A DNA stretch of 63,188 nucleotides, counting the filler, from Octopus bimaculoides (Eukaryota): NCBI RefSeq assembly GCF_001194135.2. It is 3 parts of 3 records of this genome, joined end to end, with 100 filler letters (N's around TTAATTAATTAA, not from the genome) between each part and the next. Parts side by side here need not be neighbours in the genome. Positions count along the whole stretch, not along the records: positions 48,257 to 63,188 come from NC_068982.1; 2 more parts are not named here. The stretch is one strand, 5' to 3'. Shown piece after piece: positions 49,332-62,512 of this stretch. Both the position numbers and the translations under genes were made by a program. How positions within the stretch are numbered: the first letter of the stretch is position 1; each line of letters begins with the position of its first letter. The notes below the pieces were generated by a model, which was not told where the DNA came from, made no database searches, and saw nothing but the letters and a program-made list of their open reading frames with translations.

Positions 49332-50034
49332 GCATTTTTATACATATACAAATGTATATATGTGTGAGATATCGTGTATATATGAGTGTATGTTGTGTAC
49401 NNNNNNNNNNNNNNNNNNNNNNNNNNNNNNNNNNNNNNNNNNNNNNNNNNNNNNNNNNNNNNNNNNNNNNNNNNNNNNNNNNNNNNNNNNNNNNNNNNNN
49501 NNNNNNNNNNNNNNNNNNNNNNNNNNNNNNNNNNNNNNNNNNNNNNNNNNNNNNNNNNNNNNNNNNNNNNNNNNNNNNNNNNNNNNNNNNNNNNNNNNNN
49601 NNNNNNNNNNNNNNNNNNNNNNNNNNNNNNNNNNNNNNNNNNNNNNNNNNNNNNNNNNNNNNNNNNNNNNNNNNNNNNNNNNNNNNNNNNNNNNNNNNNN
49701 NNNNNNNNNNNNNNNNNNNNNNNNNNNNNNNNNNNNNNNNNNNNNNNNNNNNNNNNNNNNNNNNNNNNNNNNNNNNNNNNNNNNNNNNNNNNNNNNNNNN
49801 NNNNNNNNNNNNNNNNNNNNNNNNNNNNNNNNNNNNNNNNNNNNNNNNNNNNNNNNNNNNNNNNNNNNNNNNNNNNNNNNNNNNNNNNNNNNNNNNNNNN
49901 NNNNNNNNNNNNNNNNNNNNNNNNNNNNNNNNNNNNNNNNNNNNNNNNNNNNNNNNNNNNNNNNNNNNNNNNNNNNNNNNNNNNNNNNNNNNNNNNNNNN
50001 NNNNNNNNNNNNNNNNNNNNNNNNNNNNNNNNNN

Positions 50035-50093
<59 letters not shown>

Positions 50094-50515
50094 AAATAGA
50101 CAGATGAAGAAAGAAAGAGAAAGAGAGAGAGAGAAATTATTACTAATACAAGCAAGTGAAGGAGTAGCGGAATAGAGGTAATGAAGTTGAAAATGCACAG
50201 ATAACAGAATAAATTATACTTTAATTATAACTTAATATATAGGAAAACACTTTACCGGTTTCACATTAGATTTTCAAAACTGTTTTTGTATATAGAGATA
50301 TGTCGCGACTTAAATCTATTCTGACAGTTGTTATAAAAATAGTTTGCTTTTCAACTAGGAATGTAAATCAAAACGAAATCCGTTAACGTACAAACTCAGC
50401 GGTCAACCTCCATGTATTAAAATCTTATGTGAAAACAGTAAAGTGTATTCCTATATCTTAAAATATAAATAAATTCTAATTACGTCTCACATATTCACTG
50501 TGCATGTTCAACTTC

Positions 50516-50671
50516 AGGCGTGGTTGTGTGGTAAGAAGCTCGCTTATCAACCACATGGTTCCGGGTTCAGTCCCAATGCGTGGTACCTTGGGCAAGTGTT
50601 TCTACTATAGCCTCGGGCCAACCAAAGTCTTGTGAGTGGATTTCGTAGACGGAAACTTAAAGAAGCCCGTC

Positions 50672-50713
<42 letters not shown>

Positions 50714-50729
50714 ATGCATGTTTGTGTCG

Positions 50730-50812
<83 letters not shown>

Positions 50813-51025
50813 TGTATGCATGTTTGTGTCGCTGTGTTTGTCCCCCACCATCGCTTGACAATCGATGCTGATGTGTTTAGATATCCGTAACCTAGCGGTT
50901 CGGCAAAAGAGACCGATAGAATAAATACTAGGCTTACAAAGAATAAGTTCTGGCATCGATTTGTCGACTAAAGGCGGTGCTCCAGCATGGCTGCAGTCAA
51001 ATGACTGAAACAAAAGAGTAAAATA
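50516..51025 (+). mobile_element. Composite tRNA/CORE-like SINE, young-looking
   Basis: aggcgtggttgtgtggtaagaagc...ggttcagtccc...ggtaccttgggcaagtg..., long TG hinge, then tttgtcccccaccatcgcttgac...catggctgcagtcaaatgactgaaacaa. Confidence 0.9.
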
Positions 51026-51048
51026 ATGTGTGTGTGTTATTTCTTTAC

Positions 51049-51202
51049 TACCCACAAGGGGCTACACACAGAGGGGACAAACAAGGACAGACAAACGGAT
51101 TAAGTCGATTATATCGACACCAGTGTGTAACTGATACTTATTTAATCGACCCCGAAAGGATGAAATGCAAAGTCGACCTCGGCGGAATTTGAACTCAGAA
51201 CG
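51049..51202 (-). mobile_element. Meta/MESC-like SINE, 3' part (head in gap)
   Basis: taagtcgattatatcgacaccag...tcgaccccgaaaggatgaaatgcaaagtcgacctcggcggaatttgaactcagaacg. Confidence 0.88.
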
Positions 51203-53667
51203 NNNNNNNNNNNNNNNNNNNNNNNNNNNNNNNNNNNNNNNNNNNNNNNNNNNNNNNNNNNNNNNNNNNNNNNNNNNNNNNNNNNNNNNNNNNNNNNNNN
51301 NNNNNNNNNNNNNNNNNNNNNNNNNNNNNNNNNNNNNNNNNNNNNNNNNNNNNNNNNNNNNNNNNNNNNNNNNNNNNNNNNNNNNNNNNNNNNNNNNNNN
51401 NNNNNNNNNNNNNNNNNNNNNNNNNNNNNNNNNNNNNNNNNNNNNNNNNNNNNNNNNNNNNNNNNNNNNNNNNNNNNNNNNNNNNNNNNNNNNNNNNNNN
51501 NNNNNNNNNNNNNNNNNNNNNNNNNNNNNNNNNNNNNNNNNNNNNNNNNNNNNNNNNNNNNNNNNNNNNNNNNNNNNNNNNNNNNNNNNNNNNNNNNNNN
51601 NNNNNNNNNNNNNNNNNNNNNNNNNNNNNNNNNNNNNNNNNNNNNNNNNNNNNNNNNNNNNNNNNNNNNNNNNNNNNNNNNNNNNNNNNNNNNNNNNNNN
51701 NNNNNNNNNNNNNNNNNNNNNNNNNNNNNNNNNNNNNNNNNNNNNNNNNNNNNNNNNNNNNNNNNNNNNNNNNNNNNNNNNNNNNNNNNNNNNNNNNNNN
51801 NNNNNNNNNNNNNNNNNNNNNNNNNNNNNNNNNNNNNNNNNNNNNNNNNNNNNNNNNNNNNNNNNNNNNNNNNNNNNNNNNNNNNNNNNNNNNNNNNNNN
51901 NNNNNNNNNNNNNNNNNNNNNNNNNNNNNNNNNNNNNNNNNNNNNNNNNNNNNNNNNNNNNNNNNNNNNNNNNNNNNNNNNNNNNNNNNNNNNNNNNNNN
52001 NNNNNNNNNNNNNNNNNNNNNNNNNNNNNNNNNNNNNNNNNNNNNNNNNNNNNNNNNNNNNNNNNNNNNNNNNNNNNNNNNNNNGGAACCATATGGTTCG
52101 GAAACAAGCTTCTTACCACATAGCCATGCCTGCTCTTTCAGGAAATAGTAAAGGATGATTCCCTTTGTGATTCCAAACAAGGATCATAACCCTTTATTAT
52201 GCTTGCTTTGTTTCGGAAGGCGTCAAGTCACTACACTTAATGTCGTCGATTGACATTTCTTGTTACATGTCACAAAAGAAATGCAGTTCAGATAGACTTC
52301 GTAAAGGAGAATTCTTTAAGTTGCGTAGAACTGGTGCGGCACCGATTTGTAGGGCTTCTTTGTTTATTTTCCAGTATGTTGCAAATGCCAAATACCTGTT
52401 GAATAGTCAACAGTTCTTTTGTAAACGCTCGAGTCACTTTGGTATCATTCTGATTCAATAATGTCCATCAATCGATTTTGTAAATCGCAAAATCTCAGCT
52501 GTGACTTCCCTGCCCATGTCGAACCAGTGTGGCAGAACAGGTATAGAGAACATGCTGAGATCTTCATCCCGCAGTGAACTGGACATGGGCAAGCCGATCC
52601 AAACATATATCAAATTCCTCTAGATTTTAGCATTAAATATGAGGCCTTATCTATCAAGCCAACAATTGTTTGTTTTGTATTTTTTTATAATTTTTCTCAT
52701 CTCATTCTTATTGTTTCTTTAATAGAAGGTATATTATTAAGTTTATGGACCATGATTTGCAAACAGGTCTTATTGGAATTTCTTTCAGTTTGTCTAAAAA
52801 TCTGTTATTGAAATTACTCTTGAGAGACTCATAAAATGTCTTTCTAAATGATTGGAAACTTGGGTTTTATATGAATGTGTAATACTAAATGAAACTTGTG
52901 TTGCGAGTATACAAGCACACCCATCATTATATGAATATCTACTCACCCACTTCCGTATACATATATTTATATGTGTGCAGCACACACTTACGGATACACA
53001 AACATACACAAACATACACAACATACAATGTAATATTCATATAATGTTATGTACATAAAATCTCGATTTCTCCAAACAAAGAAATTCTTTGTTGTGTAAC
53101 ATTTTTTGTTTTTTTTGCAATGGGTCTCTCAAGATTCATTTCCCTAACATGTATGAGTGTGTCTTTTATTGAAATGTTTCTTGAGGAACAGAAAAAAAAC
53201 ATTTTTAATATGTGTGTGTGCGCACGTGTGTGTGCGCACGTGTGTGTGCGTGGAATGGCGTATTGACATAGATATATGTATAGTAGATATATACGTATAA
53301 ATATATGTGCATGTATATATATGTGTATACACATATATATATATTTATATTTATATATATACAAACACACACATATACATATATATATATATATGTATAT
53401 ATATACATATATATATGTATATATATGCATATATATATGTATATATATGCATATATATATATATATATATATANNNNNNNNNNNNNNNNNNNNNNNNNNN
53501 NNNNNNNNNNNNNNNNNNNNNNNNNNNNNNNNNNNNNNNNNNNNNNNNNNNNNNNNNNNNNNNNNNNNNNNNNNNNNNNNNNNNNNNNNNNNNNNNNNNN
53601 NNNNNNNNNNNNNNNNNNNNNNNNNNNNNNNNNNNNNNNNNNNNNNNNNNNNNNNNNNNNNNNNNNN

Positions 53668-53729
<62 letters not shown>

Positions 53730-55586
53730 TGTGTGAGCGCACATATATAGAAACGAAAGCGTGGCTGAAAGCTTTGCCAATAATACATAATTGATGTATA
53801 CAGCTCCATCGTGTATTAATCCTCTAATGTACATAAATGGACTGTATTATTTTCAATACAGCGTAAAGAGATGTGCTTTGAACCATTTGATCCTTTCTGT
53901 GAGTTAAGAAACTATAAGTGCGTAAAATATTCCCGTATTCCAGATAACATATTTATCGTTGCACTTTTGTTTTTATTTTGTATATATCTTTTTTTTTGTC
54001 TTCTTTTCGGCTCTGGAAGGGTGAACACCATTAACAACTGGCAAGTACTCACCAACAAGTTATGTATTCCAAGATTATGTATTCCAAGATTACTGTAACG
54101 AAGCTTGTTGATAAATTCATAGAATAAAACTTTCTGCGAGCTTACTTGTTTCTGAAATTTCTGTTGAACCTTCTGTTTCTTGGCGAAGGGATCTCTGTTA
54201 GCTATGCAAAACCCTGCTATCGGACGCGTTTCAAACAAGATAGCTATGAAAGTAACATAAATGCATATAAATTCGCCGACATTGCTGCCCATTTAGGACT
54301 TCTGATTTCTGTTACGTGCACGTATATAATTATACTTGCCAAATTCCTTTTACAACATACAAAATATCCCACCTCCAACATGCAGTCACAAAATGCTATT
54401 TTTATATATAACTTAATATTTCTTGTAACACCGAAATGTAAAACAAATGTGTCTCTCATTTTTTGTTCAATAAAACATGCTATTTAATGTAGACAACACA
54501 AAACATATGATGGTTATTTTCAAAAGGGTTGTGTCATATAAGATATAATACTACTTGCTTATTTAATATCAATACCGAAGCATTATGTTCCTTTATATGT
54601 ATTCACAGTTTTAAGTAGTCCGGTTATACATAAGTTCAAGCTTAACACAGTCTCTAAATATGTTGCTTCTGTGTACGCCTTCCCTTGATTGTCGGATGTT
54701 ACAGCAAATTGTTTCGTAGTAAACATCTCCACTATATAGAACAAGGATTCGAAGCACAAGGGTACACCTAGCACAAAATTTTGTTTCGTGACAAGTGTCC
54801 CAGTGAGTAAAGAATCTCGAGAATCTCGAGAATCACATTTTAGTCCTTGTAAGTTGGCAAAACTCGCTCGCTAAGATTACATTGAGTACCAAATATTGGG
54901 CATTCAATATCATGGCGCGTTATTGGCTTATGAGTCATTAATAGTTATCATCAAGTCTATGTCCGGAACTCACAGCTATGCAGGTGACGAATATTGTCTA
55001 CAACACACGAACGAAATCAACACTGACCACCGTTAACTTAGAGTTAACTTCACGGCAAAACTGACGAGAATAGCATCATTAAAGCTCATATCCCCGTCGC
55101 GCCCAAAATTTCTGGTTCCTTAAAAGATGAATGTCTACGAAATGTCCCAAGCCTCAAGCTGGATTGCTGTCATCTTACTGCTAAACCAGCCATGTTTGCC
55201 ACCTGCTTTTTTTTGTGTTTTTTTGTAGAATTCTATACTTGCACTCGTTCGGAAAAGTTATTTCCAAACTCAAAACTTTTCAGACCGAATCAACTTAAGC
55301 GAAGAATATACGGTTTCAGGCATTCAAGACAAATCTTTTATCGCAAGATATCTTTCTTCCTTCCTCCTAACAGTCATGCAGGTTTTGACAAAGAGTCATG
55401 ATATTGCCCTTTTTTCTGGCTGCACCATGAATAATAACTTAAGTGTGGTAATTTGGGGGCCCTATGTTTTCCTGTTTTCAAATATTACGTCTTAAAGTTT
55501 GTTCCTAATTCTCCCCGACCTCCTCAACACCGATATATTTAAGTTTAAAAAAGCATGCTACAATATAATCCATTCTCGAAAAAATC

Positions 55587-55610
55587 AACCCTAACCCTAA
55601 CCCTAACCCT
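55587..55610. repeat. (AACCCT)4 telomere-type hexamer, interstitial
   Basis: Direct reading. Confidence 0.85.
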
Positions 55611-57789
55611 CCCAACTCTCGACCTAACATCTCAGACGTAATGGAAACAGTCATAAACAAATATTTCTTTCGTCTATTTAAGTCTCTCTTCAGCTTCAGT
55701 GAGCACCACTCCAGTTGACGTTGAGCGATATTTTCGTGCTTATCTTTTTTTTTAAACCTGCATCGGTCAGCAATCTGGAAAGTTTTGTTACTTTCATAGT
55801 GAATGGCAGTTAAAAAATCTTTAGTCCTGGTTCTGTCTGGCATGATATAATCCCCGTTAGGTTTCCTACCGTTAGGATTCATCTGCCTCTATTTATTTTA
55901 TCATACTTTTCTAATCAAGCACCTCCATTTCATCATGCAACTGCACCTCACCCATAAACACTGGAGAGAAGTGCTTACCAAAGCATTCTTCGTGGAAATT
56001 GTAGCCTTCTGGATTTCCTTCATTTGCTACCATCTTATTACAAGGATATTTATTTTACAGTATTGCGAACTAAACATCATTCACATCATCTCGTACCTAT
56101 GAGAATGTTTACAAAGTTCCTGGTTATTGTTTCTTCTCTAACTAATTAATGAAATGCAAAAGCTAGTTAGCTTTATATTAATGCTCATATGTATGGTTGT
56201 CTCCTACACTGCAAAAAAAGCCAATGACTAGCAGATTTTCCTTATCAGCATATTACAAGACATAGTTGATAGATGTTAACCACCTTTTTTATTCTCTCAA
56301 TGTTTCCCATAACTGCTGCCAGGTATGCATCCCAGACCTACTTGTTATTCCTCATCATATGCTTCTTACTATACGTCACTCGCCAAACACTTTTGTTAAG
56401 CAACTGTTTAATTCTTATCCCTTCGGATCACAGTTCTCTGAAACTAACCTCCTTCTCAAGCTTCCGTGCTTTCTGTAGAAAATAAAATTGTGAAATTTCA
56501 AGATGTCTATAAATATCATTGTCAGTACTCATGATCCTAGAAGAATACATACAAATGTCACGTTTCGAAATAGAATTGCGAAATGCCTACAAGAAAGGAA
56601 ATGCGGTTTTTAACCTAAATACAGTCTCTGTCATCAGAAAAGGAGTCGAAACCAACAATCCGTATCTATTTTAATAGAGAAAGGAGAAATGAAGAGCGCT
56701 ATTCGTTTTCTCAGATTCAAGCTAAAATTCCATTGGAAATTTGGACTGAATCTAAAGTAATCGAACAACGAGCAAGCATATAAATACAAACCTACAATTT
56801 GGGGAAGAACTACAATCGATTATATTGTCTCTAATACGTGAATAAGATAAAAGGGAAAGCTGAAATTGGTAAAATTTGAACTAAAAGCGTAGAAAGACTT
56901 AGGAGCATGTTGTAAGGTGTTTTGCCCTCCGCTGTGTCAAATTCACTGTCTTAAAACAAATAAAATAGCTACTTGAGCACATTTGAAATACGTTTTCTAT
57001 TGAGAAAACTGTTGAATTCATTTTCACAGCTATCAGCAATTTCATTTAGACAATTGAAAAACAGCTTCGTATATTAACACTTACAATTGCTTTTCTAATC
57101 ATAATATATTTTATATTCCCTCAAGGTTCTATATCAAATGTTTATAGAGTGTAAAATTACTGTGCAATTTTTAACGCTTTCATTATTTTTCTTCTTCACA
57201 TTCTTTTTAATTGTTCTCGATTCTTTCCTGGGATTTCAGAGAGAAAGGAGACAAGAAAAATGAAAGAAGGAAGAACTTACATTTGTACAGTACTATATTT
57301 CCGTTTTCTTCATCCACTTCAGCAAATTCATTTTAATCTTCATCATCAAATTCTTCTCTTTGCTGCCATTGTTGTTATTGTTATTATTATTTCTTTAATA
57401 GAATTATAATCGATTTCCTTCGAGTTCATTATTCTTTCTTAACTTTCTATTTGTTACTTACTCTTGATAATTATAAAATAAGAATAAATTTTCAAATATA
57501 TTCTTATACTAAATAATTATTGAGGAATACGTAACAAAAACAGTACGCATTCACAGACACACAGACACACAGACACATAAACACATACGTATATAAACAT
57601 TAAAGAGTAGTTGAAAATTGTTCTTTCTTTCTTTTATTTTGACATTCCTGAATAACTTTAAAATTTACTTGGAGAATGATAATTTAATAAATCAGTTTAG
57701 CTTTCATATCCTTAAATGATGGCGTTAAATTGTTTTATAAGATTGTTATTTTATGTATTCCAATAATTTCGCTTCAACCACAACATCAC

Positions 57790-57824
57790 TCTCTCTCTCC
57801 CTCTCTGTTTCTCTCTCTCTCTCC

Positions 57825-57912
<88 letters not shown>
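57790..57912. repeat. (CT)n microsatellite
   Basis: Direct reading. Confidence 0.95.
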
Positions 57913-57916
<4 letters not shown>

Positions 57917-58176
57917 TTTCTCTCTCTGTCAACTGATTAATCTATTTATTGCTTATTCGACATACTTCTCATTCTCAATATATTTCCATACATGTATGCA
58001 CATACTTTTGTATTTAGTCATTAAACTGTTGCAGTAAATTATGATTTTCTCCAAATAAGAAATAAAGTATCCATTACTGGAATTTAAACAATATGAAACA
58101 GCTTCATGGAAATGCTGGATTTCAGAGAGCTTTTCAGGCTCCGCTTTAATACATATTTATATATGTCTACTGTGTC

Positions 58177-58546
58177 TTTTATCTTTTCCTTGTTTCACTC
58201 ATTTGACTGCGGCCATGCTGGTGCACTGCCTTCAAGATTGTTTTGCTCGAACGAATCAACGAGGGTACTTATTTTTTTTCATGCCTGGTACTTATTGTAT
58301 CGGCCTCTTTTGCCGAACCACTAAGTTACGGGGACGTAAACACCAACATCAGCAGTCAAGCGGTGTTGGAGGACAAACGCAAGACACGCAAGACACGCAA
58401 GACACATACATATGCATATATAAGGCGGGATTCTTTCAGTTTCCGTCTACTAAATCCACTCACAAGGCTTTGGTTCTCCCTAAGCTATAGTATAAGACAC
58501 TTGCCCAACATGCCACTCAGTGGAACTGAACGCGGAAAAATGTGGT
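58177..58546 (-). mobile_element. Composite tRNA/CORE-like SINE
   Basis: tttatcttttccttgtttcactcatttgactgcggccatgctgg...gcgggattctttcagtttccgtctactaaatccactcacaaggc...acacttgcccaa. Confidence 0.88.
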
Positions 58547-59094
58547 TTTATCTGGGGGTTACTTATTTTCTTCCTTCTTTCAATGTCCATCTCATATCGG
58601 TTAGGGATGTTGCATTCTTTTATTTTTGTTTCTGAATGACGCCAGGTGTTGTGTGTACCTTTCCTTGAGCGACTTGCCCGTAATACCGATATACGTATTT
58701 ATTACTCCGTTGGGAGCCAGTCCTCCATGTGATCGGCTTGAAAATTTGTGAAGATATTAAGATATTTTATTTGACATAAAACCAATGGTAGCCTTAATAC
58801 ACAAATAAAGAAATTCTATCCACCAATTTGGTGTTGAGCATTCATTCTCATCGTTCCATACTTTCGTAATATATATATATATTACGTATATTTATAACTC
58901 CCGAGAAAGCATGTGGAAACAGTCGACAGTAAGAATTTTATGGAAATCATCATTGTTTCGACGCCTTAAGGATTCTGGAAAGCTATCAGCCTAGTAATAG
59001 AATAGCATAATGAAAGAAACCTCCAATAAATAAGTGCTGTGTGAAGAAATATATTTGAAAGGAATGGGAAATAAAAATGTCACAATAAAAATAA

Positions 59095-59132
<38 letters not shown>

Positions 59133-59585
59133 AAAAGTANNNNNNNNNNNNNNNNNNNNNNNNNNNNNNNNNNNNNNNNNNNNNNNNNNNNNNNNNNNNN
59201 NNNNNNNNNNNNNNNNNNNNNNNNNNNNNNNNNNNNNNNNNNNNNNNNNNNNNNNNNNNNNNNNNNNNNNNNNNNNNNNNNNNNNNNNNNNNNNNNNNNN
59301 NNNNNNNNNNNNNNNNNNNNNNNNNNNNNNNNNNNNNNNNNNNNNNNNNNNNNNNNNNNNNNNNNNNNNNNNNNNNNNNNNNNNNNNNNNNNNNNNNNNN
59401 NNNNNNNNNNNNNNNNNNNNNNNNNNNNNNNNNNNNNNNNNNNNNNNNNNNNNNNNNNNNNNNNNNNNNNNNNNNNNNNNNNNNNNNNNNNNNNNNNNNN
59501 NNNNNNNNNNNNNNNNNNNNNNNNNNNNNNNNNNNNNNNNNNNNNNNNNNNNNNNNNTATATATATATATATATATATACATATA

Positions 59586-59622
<37 letters not shown>

Positions 59623-59764
59623 CATATTTATACACACCCACATGCACGTGTGTGTTCTTGAGCAAGACACTTTAGTTCACGATGCTCCACTGTAGAAATT
59701 AATTGTGTCGCCACTGTTGCCAAGCTACATCACCCTTTGCCTTTCCCTTATATGTATGTATGAA

Positions 59765-59817
<53 letters not shown>

Positions 59818-59819
<2 letters not shown>

Positions 59820-59975
59820 CGGATTTCTTCCAGTTTCCGTCTACCAAATCCACTCAAAAGGCTTTGGTCAGCCCGAGGCTATCGTAGAAGACACTTGCCC
59901 AAGGTGCCACACAGTGGGACTGTACGCGGTACCATATGGTTTGTAAGCAAGCTACTTACCACACAGCCACTCCTG
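59818..59975 (-). mobile_element. tRNA/CORE-like SINE head
   Basis: gacggatttcttccagtttccgtctacc...acacttgcccaaggtgccacacagtggg...accacacagccactcct. Confidence 0.9.
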
Positions 59976-60117
59976 CGTTTATGTATATACATTTTATTTT
60001 TACTGACTGCGAAAGGTGACTCCAATTTCATGCCATGGTTTCAACACAGTTCTTGTAGACCAAAATGCCCTGGCAATTAAGTAAAGCTTCCCCAAATTGC
60101 CACGCAGCATAGTTTAT

Positions 60118-61143
60118 CAAGGATCTGTTCAATTTGGCTCATAAATTTTATAATTAATTTATTTTTAACTAATCAGTTTGAAACTTCGTATACTGGTGGG
60201 ATGTCTCAGGTAGAACACGATTTACTTTGAACATTTTTGACAAAATTCGTTATTTTAGAAGTGATTTTGTGTTAAAGTTGTCGTATTTGGGTAATTTCAA
60301 CCAATCAACGACGTGTATTCGGTTGAAGAAAGCTTCGTAATCGAAGAGGAACAACTTGCGGGTCATCTCTAATAAATGTCATCACTATGTTCTAATCATC
60401 GAAGAATCAACACCAAGAAGGAAGAAATATTATTTATATATATATTTATTCGTTTGCCTGGCATTGCTGTTTTATCCACACGTAAAGTGTGCCGGTGTTT
60501 AAAAGACCTACAGAGCAACGAGTTCGCAGCTAGCTTTTTTGTTGTTTTCAAAATGCCTTATTTTACAACAATGAGATATATTGTTATTGTCATGATTTTA
60601 TCTTACTATAATCAACAACAAACACAATATGAAAGTTTTTATTAGCTAAAAAATAACATTATCAAAACATGAAGGTCAAGCAAAACAAATAGCGGTTTAT
60701 ACATCGGAAAATAAGTTAATTGTAGTGGCAGTGACAAGTTCGCTCGCTGGTTGCTAGCTGATAGTGTAGAAGGGAGGGAAAAAGTAAGGAATGCACAGCG
60801 CTGACTAGAAAGGAAGAAAGGATAAACGTGACGTCTTCGCTCGCCATACGAATAGAACAGAGTAGTGACATTTAGTAGAGCTGACCCGGAAGTTGTTTCT
60901 CTTTGATTACTATCGGAAACTGCTATAGCTTTCTTCAACCGAATACACGTCGTTGATTGGTTGAAATTACCCAAATACATCAACTTTAACACGATAAAAC
61001 TTCTAAAATACCAAATTTTGTCAAAAATATTCAAGGTAAACCGTGTTCTGCTTGTGACGTTCCACCAGTATACGAAGTTTCAAACTGTTTAGTTAAAAAA
61101 AAATTAATTGAAAAATCTGTGAACCAAACTGAACAGATTCTTT
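60118..61143. mobile_element. MITE-like non-autonomous DNA element with about 217-bp imperfect TIRs
   Basis: 60118-60334 is the reverse complement of 60927-61143; the inner about 45 bp are identical and the outer part is diverged. About 590-bp non-coding core. Confidence 0.85.
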
Positions 61144-61202
61144 GTGTCAATGAAGGGAATCTTCATTATCGTATCATCATCTTATTCATCATCACCTTAA
61201 AC

Positions 61203-61540
61203 ATTATTATTATTGCCTTTGCACAGCTTCTAACGCTAGAGATGTACCACGGTGTTAGCTGTTCCCGACCAGTGAACTAAGGTAACACCTTTTATTTTTC
61301 GAGCACTTTCCGGAGTATTCGAGCGGTTCCGAATAGTGCTGTTTTCTGCAAGTACTCCACCCTTAGTGTAGCCCCTATTTGTTCCATGTACTTCTCAAAA
61401 TTTTTACTCATTGTTCCCAAGGTTCTGACAATTATTGGTACTACTACTACTACCTTTTTCATCGATCACAATTGCTTAACCTCCCAAGCTAACCTGTCAT
61501 ATTTATCGACTTTTCTTTTTTCCATATCGCATACCTTGAT
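61203..61540 (-). mobile_element. 5'-truncated Dong/R4 LINE 3' end (REL endonuclease C-terminus, 3' UTR, AAT tail)
   Basis: IKVCDMEKRKVDKYDRLAWEVKQL*SMKKVVVVVPIIVRTLGTMSKNFEKYMEQIGATLRVEYLQKTALFGTARILRKVLEK* (stop 61292-61294), about 80-nt UTR, then aataataat. Confidence 0.9.
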
Positions 61541-61556
61541 ATAAGAGGGAGAAAGA

Positions 61557-61607
<51 letters not shown>

Positions 61608-61626
61608 CGAGCAGAAGTGAAAGGTA

Positions 61627-61680
<54 letters not shown>

Positions 61681-61883
61681 NNNNNNNNNNNNNNNNNNNN
61701 NNNNNNNNNNNNNNNNNNNNNNNNNNNNNNNNNNNNNNNNNNNNNNNNNNNNNNNNNNNNNNNNNNNNNNNNNNNNNNNNNNNNNNNNNNNNNNNNNNNN
61801 NNNNNNNNNNNNNNNNNNNNNNNNNNNNNNNNNNNNNNNNNNNNNNNNNNNNNNNNNNNNNNNNNNNNNNNNNNNNNNNNNNN

Positions 61884-62003
61884 GGTTCAGTCCCACTGCG
61901 TGGTACCTGGGGCAAGTATTTTCTAATATAGCCTTGGGCCAACCAAAGCCTTGTGAGTGGATTTAGTAGACGGATACTGAAAGAAGCCCGTCGTATTTAT
62001 ATC

Positions 62004-62050
<47 letters not shown>

Positions 62051-62276
62051 GTGTGTGTATGTGTGTGTGTGTGTGTTTGTGTGTCTGTTTGTCCCTCTAC
62101 CATCGCTTGACAATCCATGTTAATGTGCTTATGTCCCCGTAACTTAGCGGTTCGGCAAAAGAGACCGATAGAATAAGTACTAGGCTTCCAAAGAATAAGT
62201 CCTGGGGGGTCGATTTGTTCGACTAAAGGCGGTGCTCCAGCATGGCCGCAGTCAAATGACTGAAACAAGTAGAAGA
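61884..62276 (+). mobile_element. Composite tRNA/CORE-like SINE (head start in gap)
   Basis: ggttcagtcccactgcgtggtacctggggcaag...TG hinge...catggccgcagtcaaatgactgaaacaagta. Confidence 0.9.
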
Positions 62277-62281
62277 AATGG

Positions 62282-62286
62282 TAGTT

Positions 62287-62354
<68 letters not shown>
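62282..62354. repeat. (TAG)n microsatellite
   Basis: Direct reading. Confidence 0.95.
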
Positions 62355-62355
<1 letters not shown>

Positions 62356-62481
62356 TATCGACATATTTTTGTAGTACTTTCGACGATTCTTTTACAACAT
62401 ATTTGCCACTCACTCCTTCCCGGCATTCATTTTTTTATTCCTTATATACATAACTTCTTTCTTCTCTTCCTTTATTTCTCA

Positions 62482-62512
<31 letters not shown>

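Noticed and set aside
35876-52748. Recurring TTTATGG (posterior Hox/Cdx-type site) at 35876, 43401, 47651 and 52742
   Set aside because: A 7-mer is expected several times by chance in this much AT-rich DNA; one copy lies in a repeat.
53912-54292. 126-aa minus ORF containing FYE as the missing upstream AIP3 exon
   Set aside because: Context does not match YELEDxR, there is no suitable donor, and it contains a tandem 15-bp duplication.
54808-54833. agaatctcgagaatctcgagaatc as a heat-shock element
   Set aside because: 9-bp period does not fit the 5-bp alternating nGAAn/nTTCn arrangement.
57280-57375. Acidic minus-strand segment ending at a GTAAGT donor
   Set aside because: All three frames contain a stop and no acceptor was found.
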